Both the position numbers and the translations under genes were made by a program. A DNA stretch of 64,000 bases from an uncultured Planctomycetaceae bacterium. GTDB taxonomy: Bacteria; Planctomycetota; Phycisphaerae; SM23-33. Below, piece by piece: positions 26,417 through 36,531 of this stretch. The stretch lies in the NCBI GenBank assembly GCA_964401385.1, contig CAYNYF010000010.1, positions 1,112-65,111 on the forward strand, read 5' to 3'. Within the stretch, counting starts at the first letter, position 1, and every line of letters begins with the position of its first letter. The notes under the pieces were generated by a model. The model was not told the DNA's origin. It made no database searches and was given only the letters and a program-made list of their open reading frames with translations.

Positions 26417-27973
26417 TTGAGAACGCAGCAGGCCCGAACGCAAACGACGGGGGCGCGCGGCGCCCAGGCATTCGACAACGAGAAGTACCTCGCCGAGCAG
26501 ACCGAGGCGATTCTGAAGCGCGTCGAGCGCTTCGACAACAAGCTGTACCTGGAGTTCGGCGGCAAGCTGCTGTTTGACTATCACGCCGCCCGGGTGCTGC
26601 CGGGGTTCGGGCCCAACGTCAAGATGCGCCTGCTCCAGGGGCTCAAGGACAAAGCCGACATCATCCTGTGCGTCCACGCCGGCGACATCGAGCGCAGGAA
26701 GATGCGCGCCGACTTCGGCATCACCTACGACTCCGACGCCTTCAAGCTCATCGACGACCTGCGGGAGTGGGGGCTGGACGTGCGGGCGGTCGTGATCACG
26801 CGCTTTGCCGATCAGCCGGCGGCGATCGGCTTCAAGAACAAGCTCGAGCGCCGCGACGTGCGCGTGTACACGCACCGGCTGATCAAGGGCTACCCGGCCG
26901 ACGTCGATCTGATCGTCAGCGACGCCGGCTACGGCGACAGCTCGTACGTCGAGACGACGCGCCCGCTGGTGGTGGTGACCGCGCCGGGCCCGGGCAGCGG
27001 CAAGCTGGCCACCTGCCTGTCGCAGGTCTATCACGACTACAAGCGGGGGGTGAAAGCCGGCTACGCCAAGTTCGAGACCTTCCCCATCTGGAACCTGCCG
27101 CTGCGTCACCCGGTCAACGCCGCCTATGAGGCGGCGACGGCCGACCTGCATGACGTCAACATGATCGACCCGTTTCATCTGGAGGCCTACAACGTCCGCG
27201 CCGTCAACTACAACCGTGACGTGGAGGCCTTCCCCGTGCTGCGGCGGATCCTGGAGAAGATCACCGGGTCCAAGTCAATCTACCAGTCGCCGACCGACAT
27301 GGGCGTGAACCGGGCCGGCTTTGCCATTCTCGACGAGCCGGCGGCGACCGAGGCCGCCAAACAGGAGATCATCCGCCGATACTTCCGCTACGCCTGCGAG
27401 TACGCCATGGGGCTGGTGGACCAGGATGTCGTCGATCGCGTTGAGGTGTTGATGGAAGAGTTCGACATTCACCCGGAGGACCGGGCCGTGGTCGGCCCCG
27501 CCCGCCAGGCTGCCGCTACCGCGGAGTCCAACGCCGGCAAGGGACACAAGGGTGTGTTCTGCGGAGCCGCCGTGCGGCTGGGCGACGGGACCGTCGTCGT
27601 TGGCCGCAACTCCCCGCTCATGCACGCCGCCCCCAGCCTCGTGCTCAATGCCATCAAGGCCCTGGCCGAGATCCCGCCGAACCTGCACCTTCTGAGCCCC
27701 AACATCATCGAGTCCATCGCGTCTCTGAAAAAGGACATCCTCGATCGCCCGACGGTCAGCCTGGACCTGGAGGAGACGCTGGTCGCCCTGAGCATCAACT
27801 CCACGACCAACCCGACGGGGCGGCTGGCGATGGAGCAGCTCAAGAACCTCGCCGGCTGCGAGGTGCACATGACGCACATCCCCACGCCCGGCGATGAGAA
27901 GGGCCTCCGCCGGCTGGGGGTCAACCTCACCTGCGACCCCAACTTCGCCACCAACAAGCTGTTCGTCTCGTAA
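26417..27973 (+). CDS. DUF1846 / UPF0371 family protein
   Basis: FDNEKYLAEQTEAILKRVERFDNKLYLEFGGKLLFDYHAARVLPGF matches the conserved N-terminus of this family as I recall it. TTG 26417 is the only in-frame start and is preceded by GAGGAAA. Confidence 0.78.
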   Translation: MRTQQARTQTTGARGAQAFDNEKYLAEQTEAILKRVERFDNKLYLEFGGKLLFDYHAARVLPGFGPNVKMRLLQGLKDKADIILCVHAGDIERRKMRADFGITYDSDAFKLIDDLREWGLDVRAVVITRFADQPAAIGFKNKLERRDVRVYTHRLIKGYPADVDLIVSDAGYGDSSYVETTRPLVVVTAPGPGSGKLATCLSQVYHDYKRGVKAGYAKFETFPIWNLPLRHPVNAAYEAATADLHDVNMIDPFHLEAYNVRAVNYNRDVEAFPVLRRILEKITGSKSIYQSPTDMGVNRAGFAILDEPAATEAAKQEIIRRYFRYACEYAMGLVDQDVVDRVEVLMEEFDIHPEDRAVVGPARQAAATAESNAGKGHKGVFCGAAVRLGDGTVVVGRNSPLMHAAPSLVLNAIKALAEIPPNLHLLSPNIIESIASLKKDILDRPTVSLDLEETLVALSINSTTNPTGRLAMEQLKNLAGCEVHMTHIPTPGDEKGLRRLGVNLTCDPNFATNKLFVS

Positions 27974-28061
27974 GCGGCCCGCATCGGCCGGACGCCGACC
28001 CAACTCGCGGCACTGCTGCCATGCTGGCGCCGGCGGGCCGGAAGCGAACCCCCATGACGGT

Positions 28062-29210
28062 CTAGAGCGTTCGCAGCTCGAACAGGAAAACCTGCTCGCG
28101 CGCCCCCAGCACGCGGCTGACGCGGGCGATCCGCGGGCTGGCGGCGATCCGGAGGCCGCTGGCCGCTATGGACGCTTGGAGATGATCGATGCCGGCCTCG
28201 CCCGTGCGCTGCGAGACGTTGGAATACTGTAGGAGAATCGCCCCGCCCGGGCTGAGGTGGGCGGGCGCGTTCCGTAGAAAGCCGTCCACCACGCGATAGC
28301 CGGGATCGTAGTTGGCCGTGTCGTACAGCGTCTGCGGCTGGCCCTGGATCCACGGAGCGTTGAAGAGGATCGCGTCGAAAGTCTCGCCCCGCACCGCCTC
28401 GAACAGATCGGCCGGGCCTCGCACCTCGACTGTCTTTTCGAGCCCGAAACGCTCCACGTTGAGCCGGGCGTTGGCAACGGCCTTGGGGTTGCTGTCGGTG
28501 GCGACGACCCGCTCGGCGCCGAGCCGGGCGGCCAGCAGGGCCAGCACCCCGGTGCCGGTGCCCACGTCGAGAACCCGCTTGCCTTCCATCAGGTGACGGT
28601 ACTCGACGAACATGGCCGGCACACTCTGGTCGGCGGGCACGTACACGTGCGGGAGAATGGTGATCGTCCCGTCCAGGATGTCCATGGCGATTCCCTCGCG
28701 CGCCCGACGCATGTCGGTCAGGATTCGCTGGAGCCGCCGGATGGGAATGAGGAAAGTCTCCTCGCCGGTCGGCTCTTCGAGCCATTCCTGGAGGCCGGCG
28801 GTGTCGGGCGGGTCCTGCACGTTCAGCAGCAGGTCGCCCCGCCCGAGCAGGAACAGGCGATGGAGCTTGCGCCGGCGGGCCTCCGCGAAGGCCGCGCTGC
28901 GCTGCCCGCGGTCGGCAACGTGGGCGAACTTCTCGGACGAGATGAGCCTCCGCTGGAACCGCTGACAATAGCGGTACACGCCGTCCGCGTAGGCGTACGG
29001 TCCGGTCAGGACGATTCCCGCCCCTGCGGCCAGGCGGGCGTGCAGGTCCCGCGGGCGCTCGCGTGCATCATGAACCTCCACTGGGGCGAACTGGTCGGTG
29101 AAGATCTCGAATTCGTGGGCCAGCAGACACCCGCCCGCCCCAGGGACCTCCAGAGCCCGCCCTCGCATCGGCCGGCGCCGCTCAGACGTCGTCTCTCCTC
29201 GGTCGCTCAT
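28062..29210 (-). CDS. class I SAM-dependent methyltransferase with a ~180-aa N-terminal extension
   Basis: VLDVGTGTGVLALLAA (motif I), VVATDSNPKAV, and ILFNAPWIQG where HemK/RsmC-type enzymes have NPPY/NPPF. ATG 29210 overlaps the upstream MazG stop by 29 bp. ATG 29168 is an alternative start. Confidence 0.7.
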   Translation of the reverse strand: MSDRGETTSERRRPMRGRALEVPGAGGCLLAHEFEIFTDQFAPVEVHDARERPRDLHARLAAGAGIVLTGPYAYADGVYRYCQRFQRRLISSEKFAHVADRGQRSAAFAEARRRKLHRLFLLGRGDLLLNVQDPPDTAGLQEWLEEPTGEETFLIPIRRLQRILTDMRRAREGIAMDILDGTITILPHVYVPADQSVPAMFVEYRHLMEGKRVLDVGTGTGVLALLAARLGAERVVATDSNPKAVANARLNVERFGLEKTVEVRGPADLFEAVRGETFDAILFNAPWIQGQPQTLYDTANYDPGYRVVDGFLRNAPAHLSPGGAILLQYSNVSQRTGEAGIDHLQASIAASGLRIAASPRIARVSRVLGAREQVFLFELRTL

Positions 29211-29553
29211 AGTGCCCCCGGACTTCCTCGGCCGGGTACTTCAACTCGTTCTTTCTCATTTTCTCTTCGAAGCTGGCGGCCAGGTCCGCGTTCAGGCAGT
29301 TCGCCAGGGACAGCACGAACGCCAGGATGTCGGTCGCCTCTTCCATCACCTGCTTGCGGGACTCCTCGTCCCGAAGCACCGCTTCGGCCTCCTGGTCGGT
29401 GGCCCACTGGAAGTGCTCCAGGAGTTCGGCCGCCTCGATGGCGATGCTCATGGCCAGGTTTCTGGGCCGATGGTACTTGCCCCAATCGCGGACGGCGATG
29501 AATTCGGCCATCCGCTGCTTCAGTTGTGTCACGGTTGTCTCTTCGTCTCGCAT
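29182..29553 (-). CDS. MazG-like nucleotide pyrophosphohydrolase (small single-domain type)
   Basis: ATG 29553 (MRDEETTVTQLKQRMAEFIAVRDWGKYH...). AIEAAELLEHFQW and EEATDILAFVLSLAN carry the EExxE/D-type helices of MazG-family proteins. The track ORF extension to 29679 has no support. Confidence 0.75.
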   Translation of the reverse strand: MRDEETTVTQLKQRMAEFIAVRDWGKYHRPRNLAMSIAIEAAELLEHFQWATDQEAEAVLRDEESRKQVMEEATDILAFVLSLANCLNADLAASFEEKMRKNELKYPAEEVRGHYERPRRDDV

Positions 29554-29800
29554 GAACCACCTCTTGGCGCGGGAGGATCTCAATCGCCTATCATGATGGG
29601 AGCCGGCCCCGGCGGCAAGCCGGAACATCCGGCTCTCGCCCGCCGGCGAGGCTTGACAACGCCGCGGGGCCCGGCACAAATGGGGGCGTGCGAACGGGAT
29701 CGGCTGCGTTTTGGCCGACAGGTTTTGCCGGAGCGTCGATCGGCATTCGGGAGCATAGCCGTCTTTCGACGCGGCCCGTCGCGTTTGGAGACCGAGTTAG

Positions 29801-32272
29801 ATGGAGCCTGGCGACATAGCGTGTGTGATCCTCTGTGGCGGGGAAGGCAAGCGGATGGGCTCGGCCGACCGTCACAAGGTCTGTTTCCCGATCGCGGGGA
29901 CCCCGGCAATCGTTCGCACCGTGGGCATGCTGAAGTCGGTGGGGATCAAGCGGTTCCTGATCGTCGTGGGGACAACGGCCCAGCAGGTCATCGACACCGT
30001 GACGGCCGAGCATCCGGACGTGGCCTTCGTCTATCAGCGGCAGCCGCGAGGAACCGGGCACGCCGTCGCCTGCGCCGTGGAGGTGCTCAAGGCGGCCGGG
30101 CACAACGGCCCGGTGCTCGTCACCATGGGCGACAAGATCATCCAGCCGCATGTGGTGGAAAGGCTCCTGGCCGCCCACGCCGTCCAACGGGCGGAGCTGA
30201 CGCTGACGGCGCTGCCCAAGACGCCCGGCACCACCGCCGGTCGGATCGTCACCGACGCCGCGGGCAGGGTCTCGGGTGTCGTGGAGCTGGCCGACATTCG
30301 CCGCGCCGCGGAAATGAGGCGCCGCGTCCGGGTGGGCGGGCGCCGCATGACGGCCGGGCGGATCGAACGCAGCCGGTCCGTCAACGCCTCGCTGTATATG
30401 TTTGAGGCGCCCAGCTTGTACGACGCGGTCGCGGCCCTCAACGACGAGAACGCACAGGGGGAGCTGTATCTGACCGACACTGTCGCCCACGTGGCCGGGC
30501 GCGGCGGCCGCGTCGGCGTGCTCGAGGTGGCCAATCCCGAAGACCTGATGGCCTACAACACGCCGGAGGAGCTGCTGGCCGTCGGGCAGGTCTTCGCCAG
30601 GAGGCTCTCCCGACGGCGGCGAATCGCGAAGGTCTCGGCAAAACTTTCGGGCCGCAGCTTCCGGCGGGCCGGGGAGTGGCTCAAGATCGTCCAGCAGAAC
30701 CCGCCGCGCCTGCGCCGCGTCCTCACTGCGGTGTACGGGGCGGACGAGGGGCTGCTGAGCGAGCGGCGGAAGGCGTTCGCGGGCGTCTTGAAGCGGTTCA
30801 TCAAGACCTTTGGCCCGAGGCGGCGCGCGGTTCTGGCCAGGGCGCCGGGGCGGATCAACCTGATGGGCCGACACGTGGATCACCGCGGCGGCTACGTCAA
30901 CGTCATGGCCATCAGCCGGGAGGTGATCCTGGTTGCGGCCCCGCGCGACGACGACAAGGTCTCGCTGGCGAACCTCCGCCCGCGCGAGTTCCCCGATCGC
31001 GAATTCCGCGTGGGCGAGCTGCTGAAGTCAGCCGACTGGTTCGATTGGATGGACTACATCGACTCCACGACCGTCCGCCAGGTGCTGGAGGCCTATCGCG
31101 GCGACTGGAGCAACTACGCCAAGGCGGCCGTGCTTCGCCTCCAGCACGCCTGCCCGGATCACCGCTTGAGCGGCTTCGACTGCGTGGTGGACGGCAACAT
31201 CCCGATGGGCGCAGGGCTGTCCAGCAGCTCGGCCGTGGTGGTGGCGGTGGCGGAGGCGGCCGTGGCCCTGAACGGCCTGGACCTGACCACCCAGCAGTTT
31301 GTCGACCTGTGCGGGGAAGGCGAATGGTTCGTCGGCTCGCGCGGGGGCAGCGCCGACCACGCCGCCATCCGCGGCGGCGAGCGCGGAAAGGTCGCCCGCG
31401 TGGGGTTCTTCCCGTTCCGAATCGAGGAGACCATCCCCTGGCCGGAGGGCCTGAGCCTGGTCATTGCCAACAGCCACGTCCGGGCCGCCAAGAGCGAGGG
31501 CGCCCGCGACACCTTCAATCAGCGCGTCGCTACGTATAACCTGGCCGAGGTGCTTCTGCCCCGGCGCAGCGCGGTGCTGCGGTCGATGCGGCACCTGCGC
31601 GACGTGGACCCGGACGCTTTGGGCGTATCGCCGGGCGAGATCTACCGCGCGCTGAAGCGCCTGCCCGTGCAGGTCACGCGCCGGTCGGCCGAGGAATTGC
31701 TCCCGGACGGGCACCAGAGGTTGGAGGAAATCTTCGCCACGCACCGGAACATCGGCCCGTACCGGCTGCGCGACGTGGCCACCTACGGCATCGCCGAGTG
31801 CCGCCGAAGCGACATGTTCGCCGAGCTTCTGCGCGCAGGCGAGCTGAAAGAGCTGGGCCTGCTGATGCAGATCAGCCACGACGGCGACCGCGTGGTGCGT
31901 TTCTGCGACGGGCGCGCCGTCCGGCACAGGCTTTCCTACGGCGACGCCCGGCTGGAGCGGCTGATCGCGGACGTGGCGTCGGACAATCCGGCCCGGCGCG
32001 CGCCGGCGGCGTTGTGGGCCCAGCCCGGGCGGTACGCCTGTTCGACGAAGGAGATCGACTTTATCGTCGACACGGTCACCGCCCGACCCGGCGTGGTCGG
32101 GGCCCAGATCGCCGGGGCCGGCCTGGGCGGATGCGCCATGATCCTGCTGAAGACGGAAGCCCTGAGCGGAACGCTCAAGACCCTGCGGGAAAGCTACTAC
32201 CGCCCGCGGCGGCTGAAGTTCGACGTCCACGTCTGCCAGCCCGTCGGCGGCAGCGGAATCCTGTCTGCCTAG
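29801..32272 (+). CDS. bifunctional sugar-1-phosphate nucleotidyltransferase (N-terminal) / galactokinase-like GHMP sugar kinase (C-terminal)
   Basis: The N-terminus CVILCGGEGKRMGS...GTGHAV...VTMGDK is the NTP_transferase signature. From about aa 345, RAPGRINLMGRHVDHRGG is a galactokinase-type motif I and NIPMGAGLSSSSAVVVAVA is GHMP motif II. A late GAGLGGC is present. Confidence 0.8.
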   Translation: MEPGDIACVILCGGEGKRMGSADRHKVCFPIAGTPAIVRTVGMLKSVGIKRFLIVVGTTAQQVIDTVTAEHPDVAFVYQRQPRGTGHAVACAVEVLKAAGHNGPVLVTMGDKIIQPHVVERLLAAHAVQRAELTLTALPKTPGTTAGRIVTDAAGRVSGVVELADIRRAAEMRRRVRVGGRRMTAGRIERSRSVNASLYMFEAPSLYDAVAALNDENAQGELYLTDTVAHVAGRGGRVGVLEVANPEDLMAYNTPEELLAVGQVFARRLSRRRRIAKVSAKLSGRSFRRAGEWLKIVQQNPPRLRRVLTAVYGADEGLLSERRKAFAGVLKRFIKTFGPRRRAVLARAPGRINLMGRHVDHRGGYVNVMAISREVILVAAPRDDDKVSLANLRPREFPDREFRVGELLKSADWFDWMDYIDSTTVRQVLEAYRGDWSNYAKAAVLRLQHACPDHRLSGFDCVVDGNIPMGAGLSSSSAVVVAVAEAAVALNGLDLTTQQFVDLCGEGEWFVGSRGGSADHAAIRGGERGKVARVGFFPFRIEETIPWPEGLSLVIANSHVRAAKSEGARDTFNQRVATYNLAEVLLPRRSAVLRSMRHLRDVDPDALGVSPGEIYRALKRLPVQVTRRSAEELLPDGHQRLEEIFATHRNIGPYRLRDVATYGIAECRRSDMFAELLRAGELKELGLLMQISHDGDRVVRFCDGRAVRHRLSYGDARLERLIADVASDNPARRAPAALWAQPGRYACSTKEIDFIVDTVTARPGVVGAQIAGAGLGGCAMILLKTEALSGTLKTLRESYYRPRRLKFDVHVCQPVGGSGILSA

Positions 32273-32341
32273 CCGGGCCGGTAACGCCAGTAAGTGTTTT
32301 TACTCATTCCCGTTGCGCCCGGACCGATAGAATGAGATAGG

Positions 32342-34186
32342 ATGTGTGGAATAGTTGGTTACGTCGGGCGGAAGCGGGCCGGGCCGATCCTCTTGGAGGG
32401 TCTTAAGCGCCTGGAGTACCGGGGGTACGACTCGGCCGGCCTGGCGGTGTTCGTCGGCGGCAGGCTGCACATTCGCAAGTGTGCCGGCCGGATTGCCGGA
32501 CTGGCGGCGATCGTCGCCGAAGACGCGGACATCGGCGCGGGCACGGCGGGCATCGCCCACACCCGCTGGGCCACTCACGGCGGCCCCACGGCCCAAAACG
32601 CCCATCCGCATACCGATTGCTCCGGTCGGATCGCCATCGTCCACAACGGCATCATCGAGAACTACGCGGCGCTGAAACAAGTGCTGGCGGAGAAGGGCCA
32701 CACCTTCCAATCCGAGACCGACTCGGAGGTCCTGGCCCACCTGATCAGCGAGTTCTACCGCAACGAGGGGGTCGAGAAGATCGAACAGGCCGTGCAGTTG
32801 GCCCTGCGCGAGGTCACCGGCACCTACGGCCTGGCGGTGATGTGCGCCGACGAGCCGGACAAGATCGTCGCCGCCCGGCGGGGCTCGCCTCTGATCGTCG
32901 GCGTCGGGGTGGACGAGTACATCGTCGCCTCGGACGCCGCCGCCATCGTCGAGCATACCGTCAACGTCGTCTACCTCAACGACAACGAAATGGCCGTGCT
33001 GGACCGCGAGGGACTGCGAACCCTGACGACCGACAACCTGCCCGTCTCCAAGCAGGTCCAGCAAATTGAGTGGTCGCTGGAGCAGATCGCCCTGGGCGGC
33101 TACGAGCACTTCATGCTCAAGGAGATCTTCGAGCAGCCCGAGGCGGTCCGCAATTGCCTCCGCGGGCGGATCGATCTGCGCGAGAACCGCATCCAACTGG
33201 GCGGCATCGAGCACCTGGCCCGCGAGCTGGTCAAGACCAGGCGCGTGATCCTGACCGGCTGCGGTACCGCTTGGCACGCGGGGCTGATCGGCGAGTACCT
33301 CTTCGAGGACCTGGCCCGGATCTCGACCGAGGTGGAGTATGCCAGCGAGTTCCGCTATCGCAACCCGATCATCGAGGACGGCACGGTGGTGGTCGCCATC
33401 AGCCAGTCCGGCGAGACGGCCGACACGCTGGCCGCCCTGCGCGAGGCCAAGCAGAAAGGGGCGCTGGCCCTGGGCGCGGTCAACGTGGTCGGCTCGACCA
33501 TCGCCCGCGAGACCGACGCCGGAGTCTATCTGCACGTCGGGCCGGAGATCGGCGTGGCCTCCACCAAGGCATTCACCGCCCAGGTGGTCGTGCTCTCGCT
33601 GATCAGCCTGTACCTCGCCCGGCGGCGGTTCATGTCGGAGGCGATGCTGCGGCATTACCTGGAGGCCCTGGAGGCCATCCCCGACAAGATGCAGCAGATC
33701 CTGGATAAGTCCGACCGCATCCAGCAGGCCGTGCAGGCCTGCGTCGATCACGACAACTGGCTGTTCCTGGGTCGAGGGTATAACTATCCGGTTGCCCTGG
33801 AGGGGGCGCTGAAGTTGAAGGAAATCAGCTACATCCACGCCGAGGGGCTGCCCGCGGCGGAGATGAAGCACGGGCCGATCGCCCTGATTCACGAAGGCAT
33901 GCCGGTGGTGTTCATCGCTCCGCGATGCGGCACCTACGACAAGATCATCGGCAACATCGAGGAGGTCCGCGCCCGCGGGGGCGTGGTCATAGCCGTCGCC
34001 ACCGAGGGCGACGAGCGGATCGCCCGCTACGCCGAGCACGTCTTCCGCATCCCTGACTGCCCGGCCCCGCTCCAGCCATTGCTGACGGTCGTGCCGCTGC
34101 AACTGCTGGCGTATCACGCCGCCGTCGCCCGCGGCTGCAACGTGGATAAGCCGCGCAACCTGGCCAAGTCCGTCACCGTGGAGTGA
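32342..34186 (+). CDS. glmS: glutamine--fructose-6-phosphate aminotransferase (isomerizing)
   Basis: MCGIVGY N-terminal nucleophile, two SIS domains, and C-terminal DKPRNLAKSVTVE. 614 aa, full length. Confidence 0.97.
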   Translation: MCGIVGYVGRKRAGPILLEGLKRLEYRGYDSAGLAVFVGGRLHIRKCAGRIAGLAAIVAEDADIGAGTAGIAHTRWATHGGPTAQNAHPHTDCSGRIAIVHNGIIENYAALKQVLAEKGHTFQSETDSEVLAHLISEFYRNEGVEKIEQAVQLALREVTGTYGLAVMCADEPDKIVAARRGSPLIVGVGVDEYIVASDAAAIVEHTVNVVYLNDNEMAVLDREGLRTLTTDNLPVSKQVQQIEWSLEQIALGGYEHFMLKEIFEQPEAVRNCLRGRIDLRENRIQLGGIEHLARELVKTRRVILTGCGTAWHAGLIGEYLFEDLARISTEVEYASEFRYRNPIIEDGTVVVAISQSGETADTLAALREAKQKGALALGAVNVVGSTIARETDAGVYLHVGPEIGVASTKAFTAQVVVLSLISLYLARRRFMSEAMLRHYLEALEAIPDKMQQILDKSDRIQQAVQACVDHDNWLFLGRGYNYPVALEGALKLKEISYIHAEGLPAAEMKHGPIALIHEGMPVVFIAPRCGTYDKIIGNIEEVRARGGVVIAVATEGDERIARYAEHVFRIPDCPAPLQPLLTVVPLQLLAYHAAVARGCNVDKPRNLAKSVTVE

Positions 34187-34301
34187 GCTGCTTGCTTCCG
34201 CGCGCCGGCGGCCGCGGAATCACCTGGTGCCGCGGCAGGCGTCCTGCTAAGATCCCCATCGGAGATTTGATCGGAACGTCTGCGTGATCCGAGGGCGGCT
34301 C

Positions 34302-36308
34302 ATGACGCGGAAAGCCTGTCTGCGACCTATTATTCTGGCGCTGGTTCTGGCCTGGTCTTGCCCCGCTGGGGCCCGCAACATCAAGCTGGTCAAGCCGGAC
34401 GAGTTCGACGCGACGGACCTGGACTCCCTGGTGAGAACGATCACCCGGGGCTGCAAGAGCGACCGGGAAAAGATGATCGCCCTGTGGGCCTACATTACCC
34501 GCGGCGGCTTCTATCATTGGTGCGAGGCACGCGAGGGGCCCGAGGCCGTCACCGAGTTGGGAGTCGTGTACGATCCGATCGCCGCCTTCAACGTCCACGG
34601 CACGGTGATCTGCTACCAGGTGGCCGACGTGCTGGCGAACCTGGCCGACGCCGCCGGCATGCGAACCCGCACCCGCGGCATCCCCGGGCACAAGCTCATG
34701 GAGGTCTTCTACGACGGCAAGTGGCACCTGTTCGACGCGCAGTACGACTGCGCGTCCTACTTCGTCGCCGACGACGGCAAGACGATCGTCGACCTGAACG
34801 AGGTCTGCCGCGACGCCGCGAAGTACATCCTCAAGCCGGCCCATCCGTCCCGGCCGTTCTATCAGTTCGACCACCTCGGGGGGAAGTTCTGGCCGTGGGA
34901 GTCGAAGGCCTACGTCATCAAGAACTGGTATCACACCGGCGTGCCGGCCAAGGCCCCCGTGTTCACCCCGTACCTCGCTCGCGGCCATACGGTCCACCTG
35001 GACCTGCGGCGGGGTGAAAAGCTCGTCCGCAACTTCACCAACGACGGCAAGTGGTTTTGCTCGGCGGCCATGTACAAGCGATGGAAGCGGGACCGGACCC
35101 AGCGGTGGGTGGACAAGGGCCCGCACGACCCGCGCCGGCCCGGCAACGCGTATGCCAATGGCCTGCTGGTCTACGAGCCGGATTGGCGGGCCAGTGAGCT
35201 GAACTTTCTCGATGGGCTATACGAAGGCAGCAATTTCGCCCTGACCGACGGGAAGGTCCATCCGGCCAGGGCGGGCAGTTGCCGCGTGGTCTTCCGCGTC
35301 CAGAGCCCGTATCTGCTGGCCGGCGACCCCGGCAAACTCACCGTCGACGGCGATTCCCGCGACGGGGCCATCTTCCAGGCCAAATTCTTCCGAAAGGACG
35401 CCAGCGCCGCCAACTCCGTGGCCGTGTCCACCGACAACGGTCTGAGCTGGGCAACCGTCTGGACCAATGACAAGATCGGCGTCCGCACGGTGCGTCTGGA
35501 TCTGACCAATCACGTGGAAGGACGGTATGGCTATCTGATCAAGATCGTGCTTTCCGCCCGCGAGCCGGCCGAGGCCGGCGTGGCCAACATGAAGCTGCGG
35601 AACCGGCTGTTCTTCTCGCCGATTCCACTGCCGGCGGTCCGGCCGGGCAAGAACCGCTTCGCCTTCGGCGTCGAGGAAGGCCACAGCCTGCTTGTCATCC
35701 ATCCCGACCTGTCGGACGCCGAGGGGCACCGGCGGTACTTCAAAGAGCTGAAAGACCTGAGATACAACTCCAACTACGTCCGGCACCTCTCCCCGGCCGG
35801 TGGGGAAGGGCATGCGATCGTGGAAGTTGCCCCGCCCGACGGCACGAAGATTCAGTCCATGACCGTGCACGGATCGTTCGGGGCCGCGAGCGGTGCGGCC
35901 GCGGCCGAGTCGGTGGAGCTGCTTTGCCGGGCAGAAGGCCAGGCAAACTGGAAGTCCGTATGGAAGAGCCGCTTTTCGGAGCGGAACGACAAGTGGCGCT
36001 GGGATGAGTCTGTGGACGTGCGGCTGGACCGTCCGGCCGAGAAGTGCCACCTCAAGTTCCTGCTGAAGCAGCGGCGGTGGATGTCGTTGAACATGGTCCG
36101 GGTCTACGCGCATTGCATTCGGCCCGAGCGACCGCTGCGGCGCGGCAGCGTCAAGATCACCCATGCCTGGCTGGCCGACGGGCGGCCGAAAAGCCGTACC
36201 GTCACGCCCGAGCCGACCGACACCTACACCATTGATGCCCCATCCGAGCACATCCGCAACCAATCCGTGACCATTGAAGTGGCCAATGAACGCGCCGCGG
36301 CGCGATAG
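34302..36308 (+). CDS. transglutaminase-core + Asp-box protein, paralog 2 (signal peptide)
   Basis: ATG 34302 (the track start at 34284 is GTG). Signal peptide ACLRPIILALVLAWSCPAGA followed by RNIKL. HGTVICYQVADV and IPGHKLMEVFYDGKWHLFD form the Cys/His/Asp pattern. Asp-box STDNGLSW. Collinear with 7872 and 50292. Confidence 0.8.
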   Translation: MTRKACLRPIILALVLAWSCPAGARNIKLVKPDEFDATDLDSLVRTITRGCKSDREKMIALWAYITRGGFYHWCEAREGPEAVTELGVVYDPIAAFNVHGTVICYQVADVLANLADAAGMRTRTRGIPGHKLMEVFYDGKWHLFDAQYDCASYFVADDGKTIVDLNEVCRDAAKYILKPAHPSRPFYQFDHLGGKFWPWESKAYVIKNWYHTGVPAKAPVFTPYLARGHTVHLDLRRGEKLVRNFTNDGKWFCSAAMYKRWKRDRTQRWVDKGPHDPRRPGNAYANGLLVYEPDWRASELNFLDGLYEGSNFALTDGKVHPARAGSCRVVFRVQSPYLLAGDPGKLTVDGDSRDGAIFQAKFFRKDASAANSVAVSTDNGLSWATVWTNDKIGVRTVRLDLTNHVEGRYGYLIKIVLSAREPAEAGVANMKLRNRLFFSPIPLPAVRPGKNRFAFGVEEGHSLLVIHPDLSDAEGHRRYFKELKDLRYNSNYVRHLSPAGGEGHAIVEVAPPDGTKIQSMTVHGSFGAASGAAAAESVELLCRAEGQANWKSVWKSRFSERNDKWRWDESVDVRLDRPAEKCHLKFLLKQRRWMSLNMVRVYAHCIRPERPLRRGSVKITHAWLADGRPKSRTVTPEPTDTYTIDAPSEHIRNQSVTIEVANERAAAR

Positions 36309-36531
36309 TCCGTCAGTGAAGTGTTGGCCGCCGCGCGCGTCGCCAACGTCAAATCGTCAGCGTTGGCTGCCTCCTCGTGACCTCGACTTGCCCTGCCCCC
36401 CGCGACCTGCTATCGTTCGTGCCGATTGTAGCCAGAGGCATCGCCGGAGGTGGTAGACGCGGCCAAGGCCCCAATGCTGATGCGAATGCGTCGGCCGCGT
36501 GTCTGGCGCCTCCATCGCAGCCAGAGATAAG

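Noticed and set aside
34193-34220. GC-rich hairpin (TTCCGCG...CGCGGAA) after glmS as a possible terminator
   Set aside because: No U-tract follows, and the loop region is itself GC-palindromic. I cannot distinguish it from chance in DNA of this GC content.
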